A stretch of DNA of 64,000 bases from Phyllobates terribilis (taxonomy: Eukaryota), in the NCBI RefSeq assembly GCF_046119375.1, contig NW_027362762.1:329344001-329408000 (forward strand), written 5' to 3'. Under the pieces are notes generated by a model. The model had not been told where the DNA came from, ran no database searches, and was given only the letters and a program-made list of their open reading frames with translations. Both the position numbers and the translations under genes were made by a program. Below, in pieces: positions 53,684-64,000 of this stretch (position 1 is the first letter of the stretch; every line of letters starts with the position of its first letter).

Positions 53684-54885
53684 CAGGGTGGGCCATTTAT
53701 ATGGATACACCTAAATTAAATGGGAATGGTTGGTGATATCAACTTCCTGTTTGTGGCACATTAGTATATGGGAGGGGGAAAACTTTTCCAGATGGGTGGT
53801 GACCATTTGGAAGGTGGCCATTTTGGGTCCAACTTTATTTTTTTCAATGGGAAGAGGGTCATGTGACACAAACTTATTGAGAAATTCATAAGAAAAACAC
53901 TGGTGTACTTGGTTTTAACGCAACTTTATTATTTCATGAGTTTTTTTTACAAGTTTTGACCACTTATAAAATGTGTTCCAAGTGCTGCCCATTGTGTTGG
54001 ATTGTCAATGCAACCCTCTTCTCCCACTCTTGACACACTGATTGCAACACCGCAGAAGAAATGTTAGCACAGGCTTCCAGTATCCGTTGTTTCAGATGCG
54101 GCACATCTCGTATCTTCACAGCATACACAATTGCCTTCAGATGACCCCAAAGATAAAAGTCTAAGGGGGTCAGATCGGGAGACCTTGGTCGCCATTCAAC
54201 TGGCCCACGACGACCAATCCACCTTCCAGGAAACCGTTCATGTAGGAATGCTCGGACCTGACACCCATAATGTGGTGGTGCACCATCTTGTTGGAAAAAC
54301 TCAGGGAATGTGCCATCTTCAGTACATAAAGAGGGCAACACATCATCATGTAGCAATTTCAGATATCCAGTGGCATTGAGGTTTCCATTGATGAAGAATG
54401 GCCCCACTATCTTTGTACCCCATATACCACACCATACCATCAAGTTTCGAGATGTGCAGCATCTGAAACAACGGATACTGGAAGCCTGTGCTAGCATTTC
54501 TTCTGCGGTGTTGCCATCAGTGTGTCAAGAGTGGGAGAAGAGGGTTGCATTGACAATCCAACACAATGGGCAGCACTTTGAACACATTTTATAAGTGGTC
54601 ATAAACTTGTAAAAAACTCATGAAAGAATAAAGTTGCGTTAAAACCAAGCACACCATTGTTTTTCTAATGAAATTCTCAATAAGTTTGATGTATCACATG
54701 ACCCTCTTCCCATTGAAAAAAATAAAGTTGGATCCAAAATGGCCAACTTCAAAATGGCCGCCGTGGTCACCGCCCATCTGGAAAAGTTTTCCCCCTCCCA
54801 TATACTAATGTGCCACAAACAGGAAGTTGATATTGCCAACCATTCCCATTTAGTTTAGGTGTATCCATATAAATGGCCCACCCTG
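53684..54885. mobile_element. Foldback derivative of a DD41D (rosa/Visitor-type) Tc1/mariner element
   Basis: TA TSDs; ~430-bp inverted arms (53684-54110 and 54448-54885); minus-strand transposase C-terminal half with QQDGAPPH...SPDLTPLDFYLWG (41 residues between the two Asp). Confidence 0.9.
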
Positions 54886-55191
54886 TAGGATAGAATAATA
54901 TAGCGCAAAACAAAAAAACAGCTTAAAAAAAATTAAAAACTGGAAAAAAAAAATAGGCACAAATGCAATAATGAGTGTTTGTTTTTTTATGTTTTCAAAA
55001 TGGACATGGGATATTGCTAATCCAAGGATGCCAAAAGGTGTCGCATAATATTCCCTAAAAATGTCAGAATACAGTGGATAAAATACTGAAACCCCCAAAT
55101 TGTCTCTTTAGGCTAACAATAACGTTATATAAACACCTTAAAGACATGTAATTTGCAATCAGTCTAAGAATAGAAATGAAGAACCAGATAC

Positions 55192-55372
55192 CTGGCCGCC
55201 CACTGTGTTTTTTCATCTCCAGAAAGTGCAGCAAGTAGTGTGTATTGGTTGTGTTTGCCCACCAGTACGGCATAGATGGCCAGAGGTAGTCAAATATCAG
55301 TGCCTGGGGATGATCATAGCACACAATGACTTGATAATTTTGCTTCCACAAGTTCCTCAGGGTTGGCCGTTC
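55192..55372 (-). CDS. PLCXD1: PLCXD1 penultimate coding exon
   Basis: 181 nt; ERPTLRNLWKQNYQVIVCYD...WPSMPYWWANT...MKKHSGRP; aatttccag acceptor and G|GTATCT donor; phases fit both neighbours. Confidence 0.92.
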
Positions 55373-55468
55373 CTGGAAATTAGAGCGAACATTCATAAAA
55401 ATATTCTTACAGATGTTTACAAGTTCACATTAATCTGGCTGACAACTTGCATTTTGCAGTAGCCTTAA

Positions 55469-56298
55469 GGCTATGTGCCCACGATGCAGAAATGCTGCAT
55501 ATTTTTTCCGCTTCTCCCTTGCAGGAAAAATGCATGCAGATTTTACATGCGTTTTTCCTGCCAGGTAGAAGCGTTTGTCAAGCGTTTTTGCATGCATTTC
55601 TGCATGCGGGTTATCAAGCGCTTTTCCAAGCAATTTTGGCATCACTTGGAAAAGTGCTTGACAAATTGTGACCAAGTTAGTTAAAAAGAATAAGAATGGT
55701 AAAAAATAAAGATTATACTCGCCTTCCGATGTCCTCCCAGTGTTTTCTCTGCTGCGTCCGGTGTCTTGGGCGACTCGCGGTGGTGTGAAGGACCTGCGTT
55801 GACACCATTGAGTCATGTGACAGATCACATGACTCAATGACGTCATGGCAGGTCCTTCACAACAACGCGACCCATACAGCAGACCAGACGGAGGGGAGAA
55901 AACACCGGGAGGACATCGGAAGGTAAGTATAATCTTTATTTTAAATCCTTTTTTTACAGTTTCTATGGTACCCAGGTCTGGATGAGTCTCTCCTCTCCTC
56001 CAGACCTGGGTACCATCCGCACATTGAACCGTGTGATATCCGCATGTACAGATGCAGTGATTGCGGATGTCACGCGGTCCAATGCAAGTCAATGGCGGCG
56101 ATTACGCTGCGTGTCCGCAAAATTAATGGACATGCTGCATATTTTTCCGCAATGATAATCCGCAGCGGAAATTTCTGCAGCATGTGCACAGCACATGCGG
56201 ATTATCATTGGGAACCATGGGGCACGTATTGCCTAGCATTTTTTAAGTGTTTTCACTGCGGAAATTCCGCGGCAAAAACGCATAGTGGGCACGCAGCC
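55469..56298. mobile_element. PIF/Harbinger-type MITE (family A), in a PLCXD1 intron
   Basis: GGCTATGTGCCCACGATGC ... GTGGGCACGCAGCC, TAA/TTA flanks. Confidence 0.82.
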
Positions 56299-58077
56299 TT
56301 AGTGTTGTCACAATGTGGAACGTGCACCTTTTTCAAATAAAGAAATGGAAAATTGCATTATCTTCGTAAATATTTGTAGTGCAGAGTTTTTCTTACTCTG
56401 TCAAAGTTACTGACATTATACCAGAACCCATCATAGGTCAATGAGATCCGTTGGGCACTGTTGGAATAGGTCGTTCTACGGATTTGACATGGCTTTGAAG
56501 TTCGGAGTATAAACTTACAGGCTGACAATAAGATTAGTTGAACATTTAGTTGTGCCATTGTTACAGTATGATTTGTCATGGTCTCGGATATCTGTTATAT
56601 ATCTATTGATATCCACACAAAAAAAATAACTGTGAAAAATGGGTAATCTGTTATGAGGTACTGTTCTGCCTGGCTGAGTGCTTCATTTGCGGAAATGTGA
56701 ATAAGGCTGTTTACAGATAATAGGAGGAAAATCTATAAAAGTGGAAACTCTGGATTCCTCAAGCAAACTGGTACATAAAAACTTGTAGATATTGCACTTC
56801 TGTGAATTATGCCCCCCACATTGAAAGGGAATCTGTCATCAGATGTTTGCCATGTAATCTCAGAGCAGCATGATGCAGGGGGTGATAACCTGATTCCAGT
56901 GATGTGTCACTTACTAAGCTGTGTGTTGCTGTTTTCATAATCGCCTGCTGATAAAACACTGATTTTATCACTACAGGACTAGGTGTCTCGTGCCTCCTAG
57001 TCAATTGCTTTGTGTAACCCCACCCCCACTGCTAATTAGCAGCTTACTGCCTATGCACAGTATACATAGAAAGCTGCCAGTCAATGGTGAGGGCTGGGTT
57101 ATACAGGACTCGGTATGCTGAGCACGGCTAGATCTGTTGTAAAGAAAACTGTGATTATATCAAAATGACAGCATGCAGATCAGCAAGTGACACATTAATG
57201 GAATCAGGGTCTCTGTCCCTACATCATGCTGCTCTGTTTATATAGCATGTTTGTTGGTGGCAGGGCTGTGGAGTCGGAGTCGGTATAAAATGGACCAACT
57301 CAGACTCCTAAAATATATAATAAATTGGGTGCAGTAGTTCAATGCAGTTTGTGGGGAATATTTTTTCATATGAATTTGGGAAAGTTATCAAATGTCCTAT
57401 AAATGGCTGTTCTATTCCTGATCTAAGGCTACATTCACACACAGCGTTTTTTGAGGATACGTTTTTCAGCTGCAAAAGCAGATCAGCTTTTTAAAAAACC
57501 GCATCACCTGGAAGGTTTTTGAGCTCATAGATAATGTTTTCAATAGCCAAAGCAGATTAGAAAAACGCCGAACAAACTGACATGCTCATTCTTAGTGAGG
57601 ATCCGTTTTTGATCCCAAAAACAGATCCTCACAAAAACGATGTGTCTGAATGTCATATCTTGAAACCCACTGACTTTACTGGGATGCCCAGAGACACTGC
57701 ATTTTACTGCAAAAAATGGATTCGCAAAAATGCTGTGTATGAATCATGGCCATAGCCAGCGAGGGGCAGCTGCCCCCACCCCTAGAAGCAGAGGCACGCA
57801 CCTATCAAAACTCACTTGTATGCTGCAATGCTCCTGTCCTGCACTGGCTCCAGATTGCAGGGGGTAATCTCCCCTCCTCTGTCCTGTCTTCTGCCGTCTT
57901 CACCAGAGAGAGGAGGGGCGCCTGCCCTGCACAGGATCCAATTCCTGGGCCCCGAGCTGGAGAAAGTGAAAGTACTACTGCTCATCTCTGTCACAGGAAG
58001 GTAACTAATGCTAATATTGTAGGTGATTATTATGTGCTCTCTGTACAATGTGTGCGATATGTGCAATGTACTATTTG

Positions 58078-58192
58078 CTATCTGTAGCTGTCATCTGTCT
58101 ATCACACTCTATCCCGCTATCCATCCATATGGCTATCTATCATCTATCTTTCCATATATTTATCTATCCATATCTGTCTATCCATATCTTAT
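58078..58192. repeat. (TATC)n-type degenerate microsatellite
   Basis: ctat/catc tetramer run. Confidence 0.8.
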
Positions 58193-59097
58193 CTGTACCA
58201 AAAAGAATGAAAGCCGGGTAGCACACAGACTAGCACTCCTTTTTTTTTTTTTTTTTTAGCATCAGTCAGGTACACCTCATAGCTGCCCAAAAGGACGCCC
58301 AGGGCAGGCAATGCTCATCTTCAGTAACACATCAACATCAATTGATAGTTGGAATAAATAGACTGCATTCACCACATATTCTTAAGGTGCAGGCTTTATT
58401 TTCAAGTGTAGGGGTGTGCAGTATGAGGTTCTGCCCCCCCCCCCAGTTTTGATCCTGGCTACGCCCATGGTGTGAATGCAGCCTGAGGATCTAGGCTTTG
58501 TCTTAGCTAAGATAAGTCTGTCTGCACTGTATCCAGCACCAGTGAAGCTCCTCCTCTACAGACAAGGGTAAAAAGTAAACACACTCAGAAAGAAGGAAGG
58601 TCTGCACTCATCTCAGAAGAATTGCTAGAGTGAACAGGATAACAAGATTAAGGTAATTACTTCTTAAAGCATATTTAAACTTTCAATAAACTGTGCATAA
58701 ATCAATAGTCCAGTATACTGTATGTTCTCTGTATGCTTGATGCTTGTTTGTTTTTTCTTTGAGCTCATATACTTTTGGGAAGCTAGGCTACTATACAATA
58801 TACAGGGAACATACAGCAACAGGATTGATGAGGACTTATATGAGGACTTGTATAGGTATAGAAGCCAAAACATCAAGTTATTAGCTCTGTTATCAGTTTC
58901 TTTGTTCCTGGAGTATGATACACAACAAACTTGCTCCCTCCCTCCTCCCCTCTTCATAGACTGTGAAGCATTTAGTGAGCTGTACCCTAAGAAAAGCCTG
59001 AGATTGTAAATTCTAATAACATATTTTACAAACTTTATATTTGTCATCTGTACTATTGATTTATGCAAAGTTTGTTTTATTTCTATCTAAAATTATA

Positions 59098-59456
59098 CAG
59101 TGGGGAAAGTATGTATTTGATACACTGTTGATTCCCACCTACAAAGAATGAAGAGGTCTGAAATTTTTAATCGTAGGTACAATTCACCTGTGAGAAACAG
59201 AATATACAGGAAACGTCTGACCTCTGTATTTGCAAACAAAGGTTTCTGTACCAAATATTAAGTTCTGTTTTTCTACTGTATCAAATACGTATTTCATGCA
59301 CTAAAATGCATATTATTTAAATCATACAATGTGATTTTCTGGATTTTTTTAGTCTGTCTCTCACAGGTGAAGTGTACAATTGCAGACCTCTCCATTCTTT
59401 GTAGGTGGGAAAACTTGGAAAATTGTCAGTGTATCAAATTCTTATTTTCCCCACTG
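59098..59456. mobile_element. Tc1-type MITE nested in the hAT element
   Basis: TA flanks; TIRs CAGTGGGGAAA...ATTTGATACACTG / CAGTGTATCAAATT...TTTCCCCACTG. Confidence 0.85.
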
Positions 59457-61623
59457 TACATGGTTCCCTGTTCTTGCTGGAATTATAATATACATTATTT
59501 TATAGGACAAAATGATTTTGAGAGTGAATTTATATGATTACAAAATGTCTAAGAAGCTCCCCATGAAGTCAGCTGTATTTGAGCATTTCAGTGACTCAAG
59601 ATGAAAAATATTTTGGGTGTCAATGTATGACAAGTGACCCAGAGGAAAACAAATGCTGTGAAGCCAAAATCAGTGCATAGTCAGGCAGTGATACAAATGC
59701 TCCTACAAGCGCTTCCAATCTAAAAAAGACCTTTACAACGCTTCCACCCAGAAGTTTTCAAAGCTGTGACTGAGAAAGATAACAGCAGCACCAAGAAACC
59801 AGCGCCCAGTACTTCCCGCCAGGCAAAGGAGGAGGAAAGAGCATCTCAAACATCATTAACAAGATATTTTGTAAGTGACAAAGTTACTGTAACAATGACA
59901 GCAGATATGTTTAAAAGACCGCTCATACAGCTAATTGTGAAGGACGGTGTACCATTATCATTATTTGCACGACCAGCTTTTACAGCTCTTAATGGAGAAA
60001 TGGCCCGCAAACTTGATGTTTCTCTGGAAAGAGAAAGTATTAGAAAATTAGTGATTGAAGAAGCAAACAAAAGGAAGATCTTAAAAAGACTCTCAAAAGA
60101 CGTTTCATGTTTCTTAAAAAGGATGCCTGCACAGATCACGGAGTGAACTATTTTGCCATCAATGTTCGATATGTTTGTGACAACAAAGAAATTGTTACCA
60201 AGACACTGGCAGTAAAAGATCCTAAAGCTCATCACAGCAGCCAGTTTCTCCAGGCCTTAGTGGAAAAAGTTCTTTTTTGAGTTCGTAATCTTGCAGAACA
60301 GGTTCTTGCTATTGTAACGGACAATGCTTCAAACATGATAAGTACAATTAAACTGATGAATGAGAGTAATGAACAACAGCTAGAAGAAAATTTAGGATTC
60401 AGTATGTTTGAGATGGAAGGCCACAGTGCTGTTCATGTAACTGAGGAACAAACAGATTACAACAGAAGAACAGCAAAATTATACTTTAGAAATAGATGAT
60501 CTTGTTGAAGCTGCTTCAAAACACTTTTCTATTCATCACATGCGCTGTGTTGTGCACACGCTGAAGCTGGCAATAAGAGATAGTCTGCAAGAGGGACATG
60601 CTGGAAATCTGATTGGAAAAGTGAGGAAATTGGCTATTGCTGCCAGAGCCCCTAAAATTGATTCCATCTCGAAGAGACGTGCTGGGAAAGGGGCAATTGT
60701 CGATCAAGCCACTCGGTGGGGCAGCACTTATTTAATGATTGAGCGATGGCTTGAACTAAAACCGTTTCTTATAGATATGGTGAACCCTCAGGTAACCCTA
60801 AATGAAGGTCAATGGACACAGGTGGCTGAGTTGCAGGAATTGCTTAATCACCCATTTACCGTGACTAAAAAATTACAAGCTGAGGATTTAACTCCTGGCA
60901 TTTTCATAAGGGAGTGGAAGAACTTGCTATTTTGCCTGTCCCAAAGAGGAGGTTTAATCGCAGATGGCATTTCTGCTTCAATGAAACGGAGAGAGACACA
61001 GCTATTGGAAAATTAAAATTTTTCTGGCAGCTGTTTTATGTGGACCCAAGTCATCGTATACTGCTTGATGATCAACAGCTTACTAAAGGAAAAGAAGCTC
61101 TGACTGAGGTAGCAGTTAGGATGAGTGGCCTACAGGAGGACTGCCAGGCGCAAGAGGACTTGGGTCCTGACAGTGCTACTGCTGCCATATCTTCATCCTC
61201 ATCAGATGAGGAGTTTGACTTTGACAAGTATTTGGATGACATGGAGCAGGCAAAGCGTTGCCGCAAGGAAAAAGATTTCACTCCGTCTCCTATAGCAAGC
61301 AGATTGACCATATTTCAACAAAATGTTTCACTTGCTCTCAAAGAAATAGAAAAATTCAACCGTTCATCAAAACTGACTGTGCATGAAGCAATTCCTTTAT
61401 ACCCGGAAATTGTTAGAGATGTTGCCCATGTGGTTACGGCTTTGCCTCCAACCCAAGTTAGTGTAGAGAGGTTGTTCTCTAGCCTTAAAATAATTAGGTC
61501 AGATTTGAGGTCATCTATGAAGGAGGATCTGATGGAGGCGATACTATTTCTTAGAACAAATTCATAGACTGCACAAATGTTATTTAGTATATCTTTGTTG
61601 AAAACTGTGTTTTGCCACTTACA

Positions 61624-61760
61624 NNNNNNNNNNNNNNNNNNNNNNNNNNNNNNNNNNNNNNNNNNNNNNNNNNNNNNNNNNNNNNNNNNNNNNNNNNNNN
61701 NNNNNNNNNNNNNNNNNNNNNNNNNNNNNNNNNNNNNNNNNNNNNNNNNNNNNNNNNNNN
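61624..61760. other. Assembly gap (137 N)
   Basis: Run of n bases. Confidence 1.
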
Positions 61761-62348
61761 GTAGTCAATATTTACAATTTATTAGTTTTTTGTGTTCTAA
61801 AGTTGTATTCCAATAAATATATATTATATTCTATCTAAATATCTTGATTATTGTATCATAAAAATTATGAAATGTCTGATGTTCACATTGTACTACAATA
61901 AATTTTTCACTAAAATATAAGCAATATATGTGGGAGTTGGAGTCGCGGAGTCAGAGTCTGAGTAGGTGTAAGGGAAATTGAGGAGTCGGAGTCAGAGTCG
62001 CAGGTTTGGCTTACCGACTCCACAGCCCTGGTTGGTGGTCTAAATTATTCTCCAGGAGGTCAGGGTACTGCAACCGTAATTTGGGTACAAAAATGTACTA
62101 GCATCCTCGATCCACATTCACACTTGCCTATTTTGCATCACAAAAACCTGAACTGGATTCTAAACATAAAAACAACATACTACAACATTTATATTTCTAT
62201 TGTATTGTATCCATTATTGATTTTGGGTACACTTTTTAAGCCAATCTGCTTTTTCTTCTCCTACTTTACTACATTCACCCCAGGCTTTTAGCAGTGAAGC
62301 TCCCTAACAGAACACATACAAGTTTAGGATTATAGTTCATGTTCGTAC

Positions 62349-62504
62349 ATGCTTTGGGCATAATTTGAGTCCAAATATCCTGTGTATGGAGTTAATTAAA
62401 TACACATGATGCTGTGGGGACATGGACTGCAGATTATCACACCCAAGGATGAGGACCTCTCGCGGATTCTGCTGTAACCAGTCGGCAATCTCCAAAAGTG
62501 TTTC
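62349..62504 (-). CDS. PLCXD1: PLCXD1 internal coding exon (third from last); upstream exons lie beyond the window
   Basis: 156 nt, missed by the ORF track; ETLLEIADWLQQNPREVLILGCDNLQSMSPQHHVYLINSIHRIFGLKLCPKH (human VLTEISEWLERHPREVVILAC); tttttctag acceptor and GTACGA donor, phase 0. Confidence 0.92.
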
Positions 62505-63569
62505 CTAGAAAAAATAAACAGTAAATTTAGATTTGTTTAGTGCACTTACTGTACGTAGTTTATATTTTCTCATATTAGGTTCCCACAATAAGTACTTGAC
62601 GCTACATATATTCGCTGTGCCAAAAACGCAGTTTCAGCAAAGTAGATGTGATTTATAGAAATCTCATGCCCACTGCTTTTTTTCTTTTATGCTGCATAAA
62701 CTGACCAGCGGTGCTTGTTTCAGAGTTTTATGTTCGGATTTTCTCTATAGAATTGCATTAGATGCTGAAAGCTAAATACTAGAAAGTTTCAAAAACAGAG
62801 CAGCTTAATTTAACATAAGACGAGACAAAAACTGTAGTGTCAAAAACACAATGGAAAAAAACCCCACAAAACCTAATAGGTACAGAAAATCTGCAACATA
62901 AACTCACTATATACTCATCATGGGAATGTAGCATTAAAGTGAACTATGCACATAATGAAACATTTATATCGGTGTGGACAGTCCATTTGAACAATGTTTA
63001 ACAGACAAATGGCATTAATGGCTAAAAAAGATGTTGCATAACTGATGCAAACAGAAGCAGAAAAACCACAGCGACCGTATTAGGGGCCCGTGGGTTCCAT
63101 TATGTCAATTTTTAGAATGGAAGAAAAAGTTCTGCATGCTGCGCTTTTTCTTCCATTCTAAAAACAAACACATAACGTAACCTAATTGGACCCCATAATA
63201 ATCAATGGTGTCCAGCTGCTGCCGTTTGTATCAGTTATGCAACACATCTGTTTGTCTGTCCTGTTTTTATGTCCAAAGGCTGTGAACGTAGCCTAAATTG
63301 AAAGATTTATCATAAAGCACAATATTTGTTATAAAATACACATATAGTAAAAAAATTAAACCTACATTTGGATCCATTTTTTTTTTTTTATATAGGTTGA
63401 AATTGTAGGATGAAGATGGATAAAAATGGCAAGTCGTTGTTCACACCAGTCTTGATGAGGGAGCGTGTTGGAGTAAGGCGCATCTGATTTGTTCAGAGGT
63501 GCATGCCGCTTAATGAATCAAACACGTCTTAAAAGTAGTGTTCCCCTCACCACAAATCTTACTCTAGAG

Positions 63570-64000
63570 CAGGGGTCTCAAACACGCGGCCCGCGGGCCG
63601 CATGCGGCCCCTGAGGCTGCTTTATGCGGCCCGCAGGCACAGACCCCTTGACGATCCCGACCTGGTCCAGGAGGAGCCGCTGACAGCAGCGCTGAATTGC
63701 CGCACAGAGACTGTTTCCCAGCACTGCATTTCCAATGCCAGCCGCCGGCCAATCAGAGGCCAGCAGCTGATATCTGCGTGTCGGCGCAGCGAGTATGACG
63801 TCATTGCCATATGCAGATGTCAGCTGCTGGCCTCTGATTGGCCGGCGGCTGACATTGAAAATACTGTGCTGGGAGACAGTCTCTGTGCGGCAATGCAGCG
63901 CTGCTGTCGGCGGCTCCTCCTGGACCAGGTCGGGATCGTCAAGGGGTCTGACTCTGTGGTGCCTGCGGGCCACATCTGCAGGAAGGCCGCCGAGGGAACG
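63570..64000. mobile_element. hAT (Charlie-like) MITE with an internal long palindrome, running off the window
   Basis: Starts CAGGGGTCTCAAAC...CGGCCCGCGGGCCGCATGCGGCCC after CTCTAGAG (NTCTAGAN target); internal inverted arms 63640-~63778 and ~63812-63950. Confidence 0.8.

Larger units (their letters stand above)
57261..62030 (+). mobile_element. Full-length but decayed hAT transposon with nested insertions, in a PLCXD1 intron
   Basis: 17-bp TIR CAGGGCTGTGGAGTCGG, perfect 8-bp TSD GTTGGTGG; broken transposase ~59545-61567 with RCVVHTLKL, TRWGSTY and the C-terminal dimerisation motif PPTQVSVERLFS. Confidence 0.95.

Noticed and set aside
56358-56579. Minus-strand ORF/acceptor in a PLCXD1 intron, considered as a PLCXD1 exon
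   Set aside because: The peptide does not resemble PLCXD1; the true upstream exon is 62349-62504, which joins 55372 in phase 0.
63445-63530. Second hammerhead-like string (ttgatgag ... caaacacgtc)
   Set aside because: No stem II or GAAA core can be formed; spacing is wrong.

Overview
Eukaryotic genomic DNA, inferred to be from a frog (anuran-type MITE, SINE and Tc1 repertoire). There are two sized N gaps, at 27328-27511 and 61624-61760. Three spliced nuclear genes were reconstructed by hand. MRPL43 is complete (minus strand, 3 coding exons, 155 aa). GTPBP6, the mitochondrial HflX-family GTPase, is complete (plus strand, 10 coding exons, 515 aa) and its intron 4 needs a GC donor. PLCXD1 is partial (minus strand, last three coding exons; the rest lies beyond the right edge). 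The most notable feature is that MRPL43 and GTPBP6, both mitoribosome large-subunit genes, sit head-to-head with only 157 bp between start codons. In human, MRPL43 is paired with TWNK, and GTPBP6 lies in PAR1 between PPP2R3B and PLCXD1. The remainder is dense with transposons: Tc1/mariner elements with DD34E, probable DD35E and DD41D transposases, a 4.8 kb hAT element with its own MITE, PIF/Harbinger-type and TTAA-target MITEs, a 4 kb TTAA element with an internal ~390 bp tandem array, a solo LTR, a DIRS-like remnant, tRNA-derived SINEs, and a degenerate Penelope-type hammerhead motif. No clearly novel multi-gene system is demonstrable from sequence alone. All family assignments are from recognition, not database searches.
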